Shown here piece by piece: positions 53,327 through 62,131 of a stretch of 64,000 nt of DNA. The stretch comes from Clostridia bacterium. Lineage in GTDB: Bacteria > Bacillota > Clostridia > Oscillospirales > CAG-272. The stretch is taken from the NCBI GenBank assembly GCA_017463125.1, contig JAFTPV010000003.1:93190-157189 (forward strand), written 5' to 3'. The position numbers were made by a program, and so were the translations under genes. The notes under the pieces are model-generated. The model had not been told where the DNA came from. It searched no databases and saw only the letters and a list, made by a program, of their open reading frames with translations. Position 1 is the first letter of the stretch. Each line of letters starts with the position of its first letter.

Positions 53327-54619
53327 TTACGGGGTAAGTCTATTCGGGCCTCGGAAGAGGAACTGAACCTCCTTGATTGAAAGACCGAGGAACAGCATTG
53401 TAAGACGGTCGATACCAAGTCCGAAGCCGCCGTGAGGAGGACAGCCGTATTTGAAGAACTCGAGGTAGAACTTAACGTCCTCGGCAAGTCCCTTCTCCTC
53501 TGCCTGTGCCTTAAGAATATCGTATCTATGCTCACGCTGTGCGCCTGTGGTTATCTCAACACCGCGCCAAATAAGGTCATAGCCGCAGGGTACGCCGCGC
53601 TCATCTCTCATATGATAGAAGGCACGCTCTGCCGCCGCGTAATCGGTGATAAAGAGGAACTCGTGGCCAAACATATCCTTTGTAAGCTGCTTTGTCATTC
53701 TCTCAGCCTCGGTGGTAAGGTCACCCTTGAGCTCGTCGGGAACGGTGTAGCCGTATCTCTTCTCAAGCTCGGCATAAACGTCAGCGAGCTTCATTCTGGG
53801 GAATGGAAGAGTAGGAACTACTACCTCATACTCCTCACCGAAGAGGGCTACTATCTCATCACCGTGTTTTTCCTTAACCTTGGTGAGAGCGTAGGCAAGA
53901 AGCTCCTCCTCCATTTTCATAACGTCCTCGAAGGAGTCGATGTAGGAGAATTCAAGGTCAAAGCCTGTAAACTCGGTTGCGTGCTTGTTTGTATAGGATT
54001 TCTCCGCTCTGAATACGGGGCCTGTTTCAAAAATTCTCTCAAGACCAGAAGCCATAGCCATCTGCTTATAGAACTGGGGGGACTGTGCAAGGTATGCATT
54101 TGTATCAAAATACTTAACCTCAAAGACGTCAGAGCCGGACTCGGAAGCCGCGCCGATAAGCTTAGGGGTATGGATTTCAACAAAGTTACGTTCGACGAGA
54201 AATTCACGCATAGCAGCCGTAAGGGTTGTCTGAACACCAAGCATAAGATGATTTTTCTCACGGCGGAGGTCTATCCAACGGTAGTCCATACGCACGTCGA
54301 TATCAGAGTCGTCCTTAATTGGCAAAGCGTCAGCAACAGACTCTATTTTCATAGTATCAGGATACATCTCCTTACCGCCCATCTTTACGTACTCGCTCAG
54401 CACTACCTCACCCTCAAAGGTGACAACCGAGTGAATGGTTAGCTTGTCAAGCATTTCTGTAAATTCGGGGTGCTTTTCCTTCTCGATTGTTACCTGAAGC
54501 TTGCCCGTAGCATCCTTAACGACGATGAACGCCATAGTTCTCTTGTTGCGAAAATTCTCAACAAATCCCTGAACACGACGGACACCGGGGGTTATGTCTT
54601 TAATATAAGTTCTTTCCAT
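53327..54619 (-). CDS. aspS: aspartate--tRNA ligase, short archaeal/eukaryal type
   Basis: 430 aa. It has an OB-fold N-terminus and class II motifs FRAEKSYTNKHATEF and GGFGLGIDRL. It lacks the bacterial insertion domain. Confidence 0.8.
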   Translation of the reverse strand: MERTYIKDITPGVRRVQGFVENFRNKRTMAFIVVKDATGKLQVTIEKEKHPEFTEMLDKLTIHSVVTFEGEVVLSEYVKMGGKEMYPDTMKIESVADALPIKDDSDIDVRMDYRWIDLRREKNHLMLGVQTTLTAAMREFLVERNFVEIHTPKLIGAASESGSDVFEVKYFDTNAYLAQSPQFYKQMAMASGLERIFETGPVFRAEKSYTNKHATEFTGFDLEFSYIDSFEDVMKMEEELLAYALTKVKEKHGDEIVALFGEEYEVVVPTLPFPRMKLADVYAELEKRYGYTVPDELKGDLTTEAERMTKQLTKDMFGHEFLFITDYAAAERAFYHMRDERGVPCGYDLIWRGVEITTGAQREHRYDILKAQAEEKGLAEDVKFYLEFFKYGCPPHGGFGLGIDRLTMLFLGLSIKEVQFLFRGPNRLTP

Positions 54620-54634
54620 TTTTATATTTCCTTT

Positions 54635-55447
54635 TCAGTTTTTTCTCAAATTAGTTATCCAAAGAGCAACATCGTCAATCCATTTCTCTATAACAGGGTC
54701 CTCCAAAGCCAAGTTGCCAAGGGATGTAAATTTGTTTGCCAGAGAAATTCCGTGCGGACCGTAGGGATAGACCCTTAAAGAGACGGGCTTACCAAGTGAT
54801 ATGTACTTATTAGCAACAGCAAAGCTGCCGTCAAGAGGAACAGACTTATCCTCGGATGTGTGCCAAATATATGCGGGGGGTGAATTTTCGTTTATATGGG
54901 TTTCTACGGAGAGGCGCTCACGCTCGCGGATATTCAACTCATCATACGACTTACCCGCAAGACGAACAAAGGAATTCTGGTGAGTTGACATAAGTGCCGA
55001 GATGACGGGATATGAGAGTATAACACCGGCAATAGTAAGCTCAGATTTATCAACGCCAAGAGTTTCGTATGCTTCCGGGCGTGTGTCAACAGTGGCAAGA
55101 GTTCCTGCAAGATGGCCACCGGCAGAAAATCCAACCACAAAGACTCTATCGGGGTTTATATTATATTTTTCCGCATTTTTCTTTATATGAAGGAGAGCGC
55201 GTGATGCATCTATCAGTTGGTTCGGGTATCTGTCATCATCACCCGTTCTGTAATTTAAGACAAAGGCGTTAAATCCCTTTGCGACGAAGGCGAGAGCAAC
55301 AGGCTCTGCCTCTCTTTCCGAGCAATAGGAATAACCACCACCGGGAAGAACCAACATTGCATCGCATACTACGCTTCTATTATCTTTTACGTAAGTGTCA
55401 AGATAAGCACGCTTATCATCGGTTAAGTATATTCTTTCGGTCAACAT
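54635..55447 (-). CDS. alpha/beta hydrolase (esterase)
   Basis: Contains LPGGGY and the nucleophile elbow GFSAGGH. Confidence 0.65.
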   Translation of the reverse strand: MLTERIYLTDDKRAYLDTYVKDNRSVVCDAMLVLPGGGYSYCSEREAEPVALAFVAKGFNAFVLNYRTGDDDRYPNQLIDASRALLHIKKNAEKYNINPDRVFVVGFSAGGHLAGTLATVDTRPEAYETLGVDKSELTIAGVILSYPVISALMSTHQNSFVRLAGKSYDELNIRERERLSVETHINENSPPAYIWHTSEDKSVPLDGSFAVANKYISLGKPVSLRVYPYGPHGISLANKFTSLGNLALEDPVIEKWIDDVALWITNLRKN

Positions 55448-55588
55448 AGTTTTTTGCTCCTACGTTATTCTGATACACATTCGTGTACTATTATATTATA
55501 ACATTTTATATAGAAAAAAACAAGATATTTTACGTTTTTTACTAGCTTATTTTATAAAAAAAGGGCCGCCGGAGCAGTCCTTTCTGAA

Positions 55589-56929
55589 TTATATTACGAC
55601 AAGTCTTACGAGGTATGTGGTATAGAGCGGCATATCAAGATAGAGCGCGATATTTCCCGACTCAAATATCTCATTGCGGATGCACTCAAGGTCGTGCGTG
55701 TCATCAAGAACGAGAACCTCCGCCTTGATTTTTTCTCCCTCTTTTAAGTGTAGATTTTGAAGGTTTAACTTTATTTTCTTATATTTTTCAGCATCGTCCG
55801 ACTCGTTGAAGTAAGTGAGGAGAACAGCAGATCTTTCGCCATTTGTAGCCGCTGCAGAGTAAAGATAATCATCACACTCAGTCTTAACTGCACCACCTAT
55901 GTCACGAAGCTCGGAGAACGCAAGGAAGGGATAATAGCCCTTGTGAAGACGATAGGTGTAGCTGTCCCAAAGGCCGCAGAAGCCAGAAGGTCTTCCCTCG
56001 TAATACATCATCATATCAATCTTCTCGTATTGGAGAGCGCACATAACGCCTGTGGTAAAAGAGGCGCCCTTAAGACCCTTGATTGAATCTATCGTATGTA
56101 TAAAGTTCTCTGCCTGCCAGCCTCTGACGTAGTTCCACTCGTTGTAGTGTGTTTCAACGTCGCCGTAGCCGTATTTTTCAAGCCACTCGTTTGCCTTATG
56201 TACCGACTCCTTGAAGTCTTCAACGGTCTTGCCGTAGCGGTGGTAGGAGATAAAGTCGGGAGTTATTCCCGCGTTTCTTATTGAGGAGAAGAACAGCTCA
56301 CAGAAATCCTCGTGCCAAACAGTTGCAATTGCAGGTCCGCCAATTTTGAGATGAGGGAATTTCTCCTTCAGATACTTAAATACTGTGACGAAGAACTCAC
56401 AGAACTCGGGCATTGTCCCCTGCCAGCAGGGATAATCTGTCGGAGAATTCGTGCAATCGGGCTCGTTCCAAATTTCCCAATACTCGATGTCCATATAGTA
56501 ACCGTCAGCCCAGCCCTGTGTGTAGTGACGGATAATATGCTCACAAATGCGCGCCCATTTGAGATTATCTTTCGGGGGAATTGTGCCGTATCTGTATCCG
56601 TGCTCGATAGCTGCACCGAGTCGATAGTACACCTTCGTTCCTGCCGCCTCAACGTTCTGTAAATATATATCCGTAGGGCCGAAAACATAGTTTTTAGGAT
56701 CGTTTTCATCCGCGTCAAAGTCGCGGAAAATTCTATGTACGTCAACTAGCCATTCACCTGCAAAGGAAGTGTCGTGAAGTCTTGCAAAGGGAATTTTTGC
56801 CGCAGAATAGGCGTCAAAGTTCGACGTTTTACGTACTCTCGAGCCCGCAGGACCGTTGTTAAGTGCATTCATCGGTTTTATTTTGCCGCAACTTTTAGCA
56901 AAATCTACTGTAACTCTTTCCATTTTCAT
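55589..56929 (-). CDS. glycoside hydrolase, GH39-like clan GH-A enzyme
   Basis: Contains ARLHD and the acid/base motif YWEIWNEPD. The family assignment is tentative. Confidence 0.5.
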   Translation of the reverse strand: MKMERVTVDFAKSCGKIKPMNALNNGPAGSRVRKTSNFDAYSAAKIPFARLHDTSFAGEWLVDVHRIFRDFDADENDPKNYVFGPTDIYLQNVEAAGTKVYYRLGAAIEHGYRYGTIPPKDNLKWARICEHIIRHYTQGWADGYYMDIEYWEIWNEPDCTNSPTDYPCWQGTMPEFCEFFVTVFKYLKEKFPHLKIGGPAIATVWHEDFCELFFSSIRNAGITPDFISYHRYGKTVEDFKESVHKANEWLEKYGYGDVETHYNEWNYVRGWQAENFIHTIDSIKGLKGASFTTGVMCALQYEKIDMMMYYEGRPSGFCGLWDSYTYRLHKGYYPFLAFSELRDIGGAVKTECDDYLYSAAATNGERSAVLLTYFNESDDAEKYKKIKLNLQNLHLKEGEKIKAEVLVLDDTHDLECIRNEIFESGNIALYLDMPLYTTYLVRLVVI

Positions 56930-57131
56930 TACCTCTCGTATAGGACCGAAGGCTTTTCACATTTCAAGCGTTGTAAAAGCTATTTCAATTATAGTCGATG
57001 CACGCTTTTTTGTCAATAGAATCGAAAAAACTCAGTAAAAAAGTCCACGCGGTTAAGAAAAAAATCCACCGTTTTTACATAACAAAATAAAGAGGCTGAC
57101 CCGCAAGAGTCAGCCTCAAGTTATGCAAAAA

Positions 57132-59723
57132 TTATTCTTCCTCGGAAACAACTTCAACCATTACGAATTTGTTGCAGTCGTCACAGATGAACTTGCCGCT
57201 CACCCCGTCAGAAGAGAGGATAAGTCCCTCGGTATCCGAAGGAAGCTTCCCACTCACAAGAAGAGTGGTATAATCAACACCGTTCAAATGGTGATTTCCC
57301 TTCTCGGTAGTAGCAACAAATTTCTGTCCATTACCGTTATCGGTAACAGTTATTTCCGCAACACCCGCCTCACAACAGGTAGCAGCCTTAACAACCTTAA
57401 TGTCGGAAGGGGTGATGCCGCTATATATAGTAACATCATCGCACACACCGCAGGTAGCTGTCAGAGTGTAAGTGCTACCATTATCTGTAAGAGTTGCTTT
57501 ATAAGTATGTCCGGTAGCCGAAACAGGCTCGACAACCTTATACTCACATCCTTCATACTCACAGGTTGTAACCTTCTCACCCGCCTCTGTGCAAGTGGGA
57601 TTCTTTGTGATATTAGTAACCGTTTTATGAGCCTTATAAACCTCGGTAGTCTGTACCTTGCCGCACTCACTACAAGTATACGTAGCTACGTATGTGTTAC
57701 CGCAAGAGGTTGTTACATTCTCCTTAAGTGCAACGTCACCCGAGAGAACGTACTCATAACCGAGCTTGCCATCAACAAGAAGGTTATCAACATTTACGCC
57801 GTTAAGCGAATGGCTATATGCGCCAATCTCGGCTGTAACAGTGCAAATCTGACCGTCTCTTTCATGAGTGTAGAGGATCTCGCCCTTCTCGCTACAGGTA
57901 GGATATTTCGTAACCTTGGAGGAAACGGAAACGTTCTTGTAATGCTGCTCACTGTCACAGCCCTCGTAAGAGCACTTTCCGTGAAGAGCAAATGGCGCAT
58001 ACTCAGAAGAGGTATCAACATTCTGCTCTATCATAAGCTCCCATATATAATTATGAGGAACTGTAGGAATTTCCACATCGCGAGTGCCGTCGCAGTTTTC
58101 CTCTGTGCAGGTGTAATGTGTATTACCGGCCGCCTGGCAGGTAGGAGTCTTGGTTACAACTCCCGCATCCCAGCTGTGATCGCGGTAAACCTTTGCGAAC
58201 ACTATTTCATCTCCTTCGCAGCATACATCGCAAGCATAATAGCCGTTAACGCTCTCACCGCAGATAAGCTCCTTGGTTTCAAAGAGGTATACGTTAGGAA
58301 TATTATGGTTGAATGAGCCGTCAGGATTCTGAAGGGTAGACGCGCGAACTCCATTGAGGAAATGTCCTGTTCTTGTGACGACGTCAAGCGTCACAGTCAT
58401 TGAAGAATCCTTGTAGGTGTATCTGATGATGTCGTCCACAGCGCAAGTATCGGAGATTATCTCCTCCGTCTTAACCTGAACGTCCTTTATCACCATTCTA
58501 TAATTATCACAACCGTCCTGCTCACAAGGAATGACAACGCTGAATTCGTTACCCACCTTAAGAAGCTCGTAATTACCGTCAACGTAAGTATGACGTCCGG
58601 TCGCCTTGATCTGCCTTGTAATTTCCTTTTCTCCGCAAGCGGAGCACGCGTGGAGAATTTGTTCACCTGCGGAATAGCAGGTAGGCGTTTTTACGGTCTG
58701 CCACTCGCCAACATGAGGCTGGGCAACTGATATATCGATGTATTCTTTACATTCTTCACATTTGAAGGCGCCGGACACAGTAGTACCGCAGGCAACCTCT
58801 TCGTCCTCGGCATAAAGACGAACCTCGGAAAGAATGTGAGGGTAATTGATCTCGTCGTATACTTTGGAGAGATCTATAAACTCACCCGCAACGTTATGAC
58901 CGAGAGGATTTATAGAAAATACCTCTGTTTCAAACGCGCTGCCAAATGCCGAGTAAATATATTTAACCTCGCCCTCATCCACACAAGTCGGCTGCTTCAA
59001 AACCTTCTCCGTAACCAAAACGTCGATAACGGAAACAGGCTTCTCACACAATGAACAATAACCGCTGAAATCAAATTTCTCGCCGTTCTTTGTCAAAGTT
59101 GCCGAGGTGAACTTATGGGCGTTATTATCAATCGGAATAGTAACTGTTAATTTATAAATTTCAGGAAGCTTTTTGTTACATACGCAACAGAATGCTACCT
59201 CTTCATAAGAGCCCTCTTCCTCGCAGGTTGCGGGCTTTATGTTTATCTGTTTTTTGTAAATTTCGGTAGTTGCTTTAGGATGGTCGTCGTTGATAGGAAT
59301 TATCGCACTTTCCATCTCTCTTTTACAGATGGTGCAGCTCTTATACTGTCTGCCCTCATCCTTACAAGTGGGTAAGGTGTCGATTTGCCACTCTCCTGCA
59401 ACGCAGGTGTGTAACTCGTCCACTATCCATTTAGCATAAAGATCGGTATCCTTACTGATAGGATTCGTTACCATATAGTCGGCGGTATATTTTACAGTAA
59501 AGTTCTCGTCTAAATACCAGCCGTCAAATATGTAGCCTTCTTTTTCAGGGTCGATCGGAGGGTTTATTCTTGAAGCTCCGTTCGTTGTACGAGAATGATA
59601 AACTTCACCGTCAACTATAAAGTTCAACTGATACTGCTCTGTTGCCGGAACACACGCGGTTATACTAAAAGCGAGTATTCCGATGCAACATAACAGTATG
59701 AGTTTCAGTAAATGCTTTTTCAT
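57132..59723 (-). CDS. Cys-rich repeat lipoprotein (863 aa) with an N-terminal Listeria-Bacteroides-type repeat
   Basis: Lipobox LAFSITAC. GYIFDGWYLDENF is the Flg_new-type repeat. Many modules of the form H..W....PTC...G....C..C....(A)TGH follow. Confidence 0.65.
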   Translation of the reverse strand: MKKHLLKLILLCCIGILAFSITACVPATEQYQLNFIVDGEVYHSRTTNGASRINPPIDPEKEGYIFDGWYLDENFTVKYTADYMVTNPISKDTDLYAKWIVDELHTCVAGEWQIDTLPTCKDEGRQYKSCTICKREMESAIIPINDDHPKATTEIYKKQINIKPATCEEEGSYEEVAFCCVCNKKLPEIYKLTVTIPIDNNAHKFTSATLTKNGEKFDFSGYCSLCEKPVSVIDVLVTEKVLKQPTCVDEGEVKYIYSAFGSAFETEVFSINPLGHNVAGEFIDLSKVYDEINYPHILSEVRLYAEDEEVACGTTVSGAFKCEECKEYIDISVAQPHVGEWQTVKTPTCYSAGEQILHACSACGEKEITRQIKATGRHTYVDGNYELLKVGNEFSVVIPCEQDGCDNYRMVIKDVQVKTEEIISDTCAVDDIIRYTYKDSSMTVTLDVVTRTGHFLNGVRASTLQNPDGSFNHNIPNVYLFETKELICGESVNGYYACDVCCEGDEIVFAKVYRDHSWDAGVVTKTPTCQAAGNTHYTCTEENCDGTRDVEIPTVPHNYIWELMIEQNVDTSSEYAPFALHGKCSYEGCDSEQHYKNVSVSSKVTKYPTCSEKGEILYTHERDGQICTVTAEIGAYSHSLNGVNVDNLLVDGKLGYEYVLSGDVALKENVTTSCGNTYVATYTCSECGKVQTTEVYKAHKTVTNITKNPTCTEAGEKVTTCEYEGCEYKVVEPVSATGHTYKATLTDNGSTYTLTATCGVCDDVTIYSGITPSDIKVVKAATCCEAGVAEITVTDNGNGQKFVATTEKGNHHLNGVDYTTLLVSGKLPSDTEGLILSSDGVSGKFICDDCNKFVMVEVVSEEE

Positions 59724-59813
59724 TTTTCCCTCCTATTAATTAATATACTGCACCGTTTCACACTTGGCACAGTTTTTTACCATAACGCAACTTCTTATAA
59801 AAGTCATTAGCAA

Positions 59814-59836
59814 GGCGGTCGCGCCAGGCGACCGCC
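59814..59836 (-). terminator. GC-rich hairpin between the two lipoprotein genes (possible terminator, no clear U-tract)
   Basis: Stem ggcggtcgc/gcgaccgcc with loop gccag. Confidence 0.35.
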
Positions 59837-59920
59837 CGCCTTAAATAAGAAGTGGAGGAATGGAGAAATTACTTCACTCGAATTTTTTGACTTTTACTTT
59901 TAAGTAATCAGTCTTTCCTA

Positions 59921-61741
59921 TTACTGAGCGTCGTCCTGAACAAGCTCAGCAGGAGTATTATCCTTGTAAGCCTCATCGGTAGAAACCCAAACGAGAACCT
60001 TGGTAGGACCACCTTCATGGTTAGCAGTGTGAATGCACTCGAAGTAACCAACAGGTGCAGGCTCAGTGCCTACTTCCTTACCGGTGAAGATGATGATGAT
60101 GTCATCAGTAGCATCGTTCTCAGCACCGATGAAATCGTAGTAGTAGTAAACCGTTGCTTCCTGAAGAGTCTGATCTTCGCTACCACCAACAATTACAACC
60201 TCTTTGTCACCAACCTTGATTGCGTGACCGGTAGGAGCAACAGTCTTAACACCCTCTACAGGCTTGTCGTCGTGAGTAGTGTAAGTAACCTTGTACTGAC
60301 CGGGATTTACACAGTCAACCTTGGAAATAACCTCGGTATCGCTGAAGTTCTTAACATACTGCTTGTCGGGAACACCACACTCGTTACCGCAAGTACCGTA
60401 GTAGAAGTAATTGTTCTTCTCTGCGTCCCAAGTAAGATTGCCGTACTGGTTGTTAGTGCCGTACTCGTAAGCGTATGTATAGTCATGACCGGTTGCCTTG
60501 AGAACCTCGGTGTATACCTTATCACAAGAGGTGCACTGCCAATTCTGGAAGCCATTCTCTGTGCAGGTCTCTTCCTTGTAGTTGTCAGCACCGGTAAGCT
60601 TTGTCTCATATACGTGACCGCGAACTGCATAAACGTCAACAACGCCGCAACACTGCTCACCGTAATCATTTACGCCCTCGCAGATGTAGTATGCAAGAGT
60701 AGCCTCTTCATTCTTGCAAGAATTGATGTGGTTGCCAATGAACTCCTCGATAGCAGTCCACTCGTCAACAGAGTAGATCCAGCCCTTCTCGATAGTAGCA
60801 GCAAGAGTAGGAAGCGCAGAGTGGATCTCTACGAAGTCACCGTCTGCATTCTTAAGGCCGTGAGTTGTACCGGGACGAGTTACATAGTATACCTCACCGG
60901 TAGCATTGTGAGTATAAGAATCCTTACCCTCATCGCTGCAATGCTCCTTGTATACCTCGATTTTCTTGGTGTATGCGGAATTGGTTACTTCCTCACCGTC
61001 CTTGTCCTCAACAAGAGCAGGTACATCAAGCTCAACAACCTTGCCGCAGTTGTCGCATACGCCGGAAACCTTACCAGCAGCGTCAAGAGTGGGAGCATTG
61101 ATAGTAGCCCAATCGGTTACAGTGTGCTGCCCGTCGAATACATCAACAGGATTGTTGGTATCAACAACAACAGAAGCAGCGGTATCGGTCTCGTATGCAT
61201 CGCAATCCTCGCAGTAACGGTACCTAACTCCACCATCTTCGCAAAGGTTCTCGCCATCATTAACGATGAAATCGCCCCATTCGCCATAGGTGTGACCGGT
61301 AGCTGCCTGGATGTCGGTCTTCTCGGAAGCAAGACCGCAAACGGTGCAGTACTGAGCTGTGGTGTAGCCATCTTCGGTACAGGTAGGATCTACTGTAACC
61401 GTGCCGTCAGCCCAAACGTGATCCTGGTTGTAGTCAAGCTTTGCCCAACCGCAGTCGTCACAAACAAGAAGTGTAACGCCGTTTGCAGTCTGGGTGTGCT
61501 CCTCAAGCACGTAGTTCGCGAGATTGAGATGCTCGCAATCTGCTGCTGCAGGAAGCTCTACTGTCTGAGTAGAGTTGTCAGTGTAGGTAACAACAAGATT
61601 GCCATCGTTATCGAAAGCAACGCTCGAGATACCCTTAACGTCAGCGTCAGTCTCTGCTTCGCCACAAGCAACAAGAGCAGCGCCGATCAAAAAGCACATT
61701 GCAAAAACTGCCAAGAGTTTTATAAGTGTGTTCTTTCTCAT
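59921..61741 (-). CDS. Cys-rich repeat lipoprotein (606 aa), paralog of the downstream gene
   Basis: Trimmed to MRKNTLIKLLAVFAMCFLIGAALVAC (lipobox) after a GGAG RBS. It carries the same PTC...G....C..C and ATGH.Y modules. Confidence 0.65.
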   Translation of the reverse strand: MRKNTLIKLLAVFAMCFLIGAALVACGEAETDADVKGISSVAFDNDGNLVVTYTDNSTQTVELPAAADCEHLNLANYVLEEHTQTANGVTLLVCDDCGWAKLDYNQDHVWADGTVTVDPTCTEDGYTTAQYCTVCGLASEKTDIQAATGHTYGEWGDFIVNDGENLCEDGGVRYRYCEDCDAYETDTAASVVVDTNNPVDVFDGQHTVTDWATINAPTLDAAGKVSGVCDNCGKVVELDVPALVEDKDGEEVTNSAYTKKIEVYKEHCSDEGKDSYTHNATGEVYYVTRPGTTHGLKNADGDFVEIHSALPTLAATIEKGWIYSVDEWTAIEEFIGNHINSCKNEEATLAYYICEGVNDYGEQCCGVVDVYAVRGHVYETKLTGADNYKEETCTENGFQNWQCTSCDKVYTEVLKATGHDYTYAYEYGTNNQYGNLTWDAEKNNYFYYGTCGNECGVPDKQYVKNFSDTEVISKVDCVNPGQYKVTYTTHDDKPVEGVKTVAPTGHAIKVGDKEVVIVGGSEDQTLQEATVYYYYDFIGAENDATDDIIIIFTGKEVGTEPAPVGYFECIHTANHEGGPTKVLVWVSTDEAYKDNTPAELVQDDAQ

Positions 61742-62057
61742 TGTAATTTTTCTCCTTAGTCTCTTCTTTTGATATTTTTTTGGAAATTGCACATCAAGAA
61801 ACGACCAAAGGCGGTTCCCGGTCAAGCTCGGTTTTCGAGAAAAGTGGCGATGAATCTCAAAAACGCAAGTCACCGAAGTTTTCACCAAATAGGTAAAAAG
61901 CCTATAGTTATCCCAAAGTGTGCATTCTCTTCTAGAATTATACAACTTTTGTAGTAAAAAGTCAATAGTTTTTTAGAAATATTTGTTTTTTTTTAGATTT
62001 TTTTTATTATAAATAATAAATATATGTTTTATGTTACGTTTTTTTGAATAAATCGTA

Positions 62058-62104
62058 TAAAAAGAGGAAAAGCACCGCGAGAGCAGATGACTGCTCGCGG
62101 TGCT
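62058..62104 (-). terminator. intrinsic terminator after pnp
   Basis: Stem agcaccgcgagagcag/ctgctcgcggtgct followed by a U-rich tract on the minus strand. Confidence 0.75.
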
Positions 62105-62131
62105 ATAAACGGCTGTGCAAAGCCTCAAAAA

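Noticed and set aside
53432-54442. 336-aa plus-strand ORF inside aspS
   Set aside because: It is antisense to a strongly supported aminoacyl-tRNA synthetase gene. Its Leu/Cys/Val-rich composition is typical of reverse-frame artefacts.
57123-58316. 397-aa plus-strand ORF, and the 580-aa ORF at 60017..61759
   Set aside because: Both are mirror-frame ORFs of the Cys-rich lipoprotein genes. The minus-strand products have signal peptides, lipoboxes and a coherent repeat structure. The plus-strand products have none of these.
61742-61945. 68-codon N-terminal extension of the 606-aa lipoprotein ORF (MYNSRRECTLWDNY...)
   Set aside because: The internal Met at 61741 has a GGAG RBS and begins a textbook lipoprotein signal peptide. 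The extension has no RBS and covers promoter-like AT-rich DNA.
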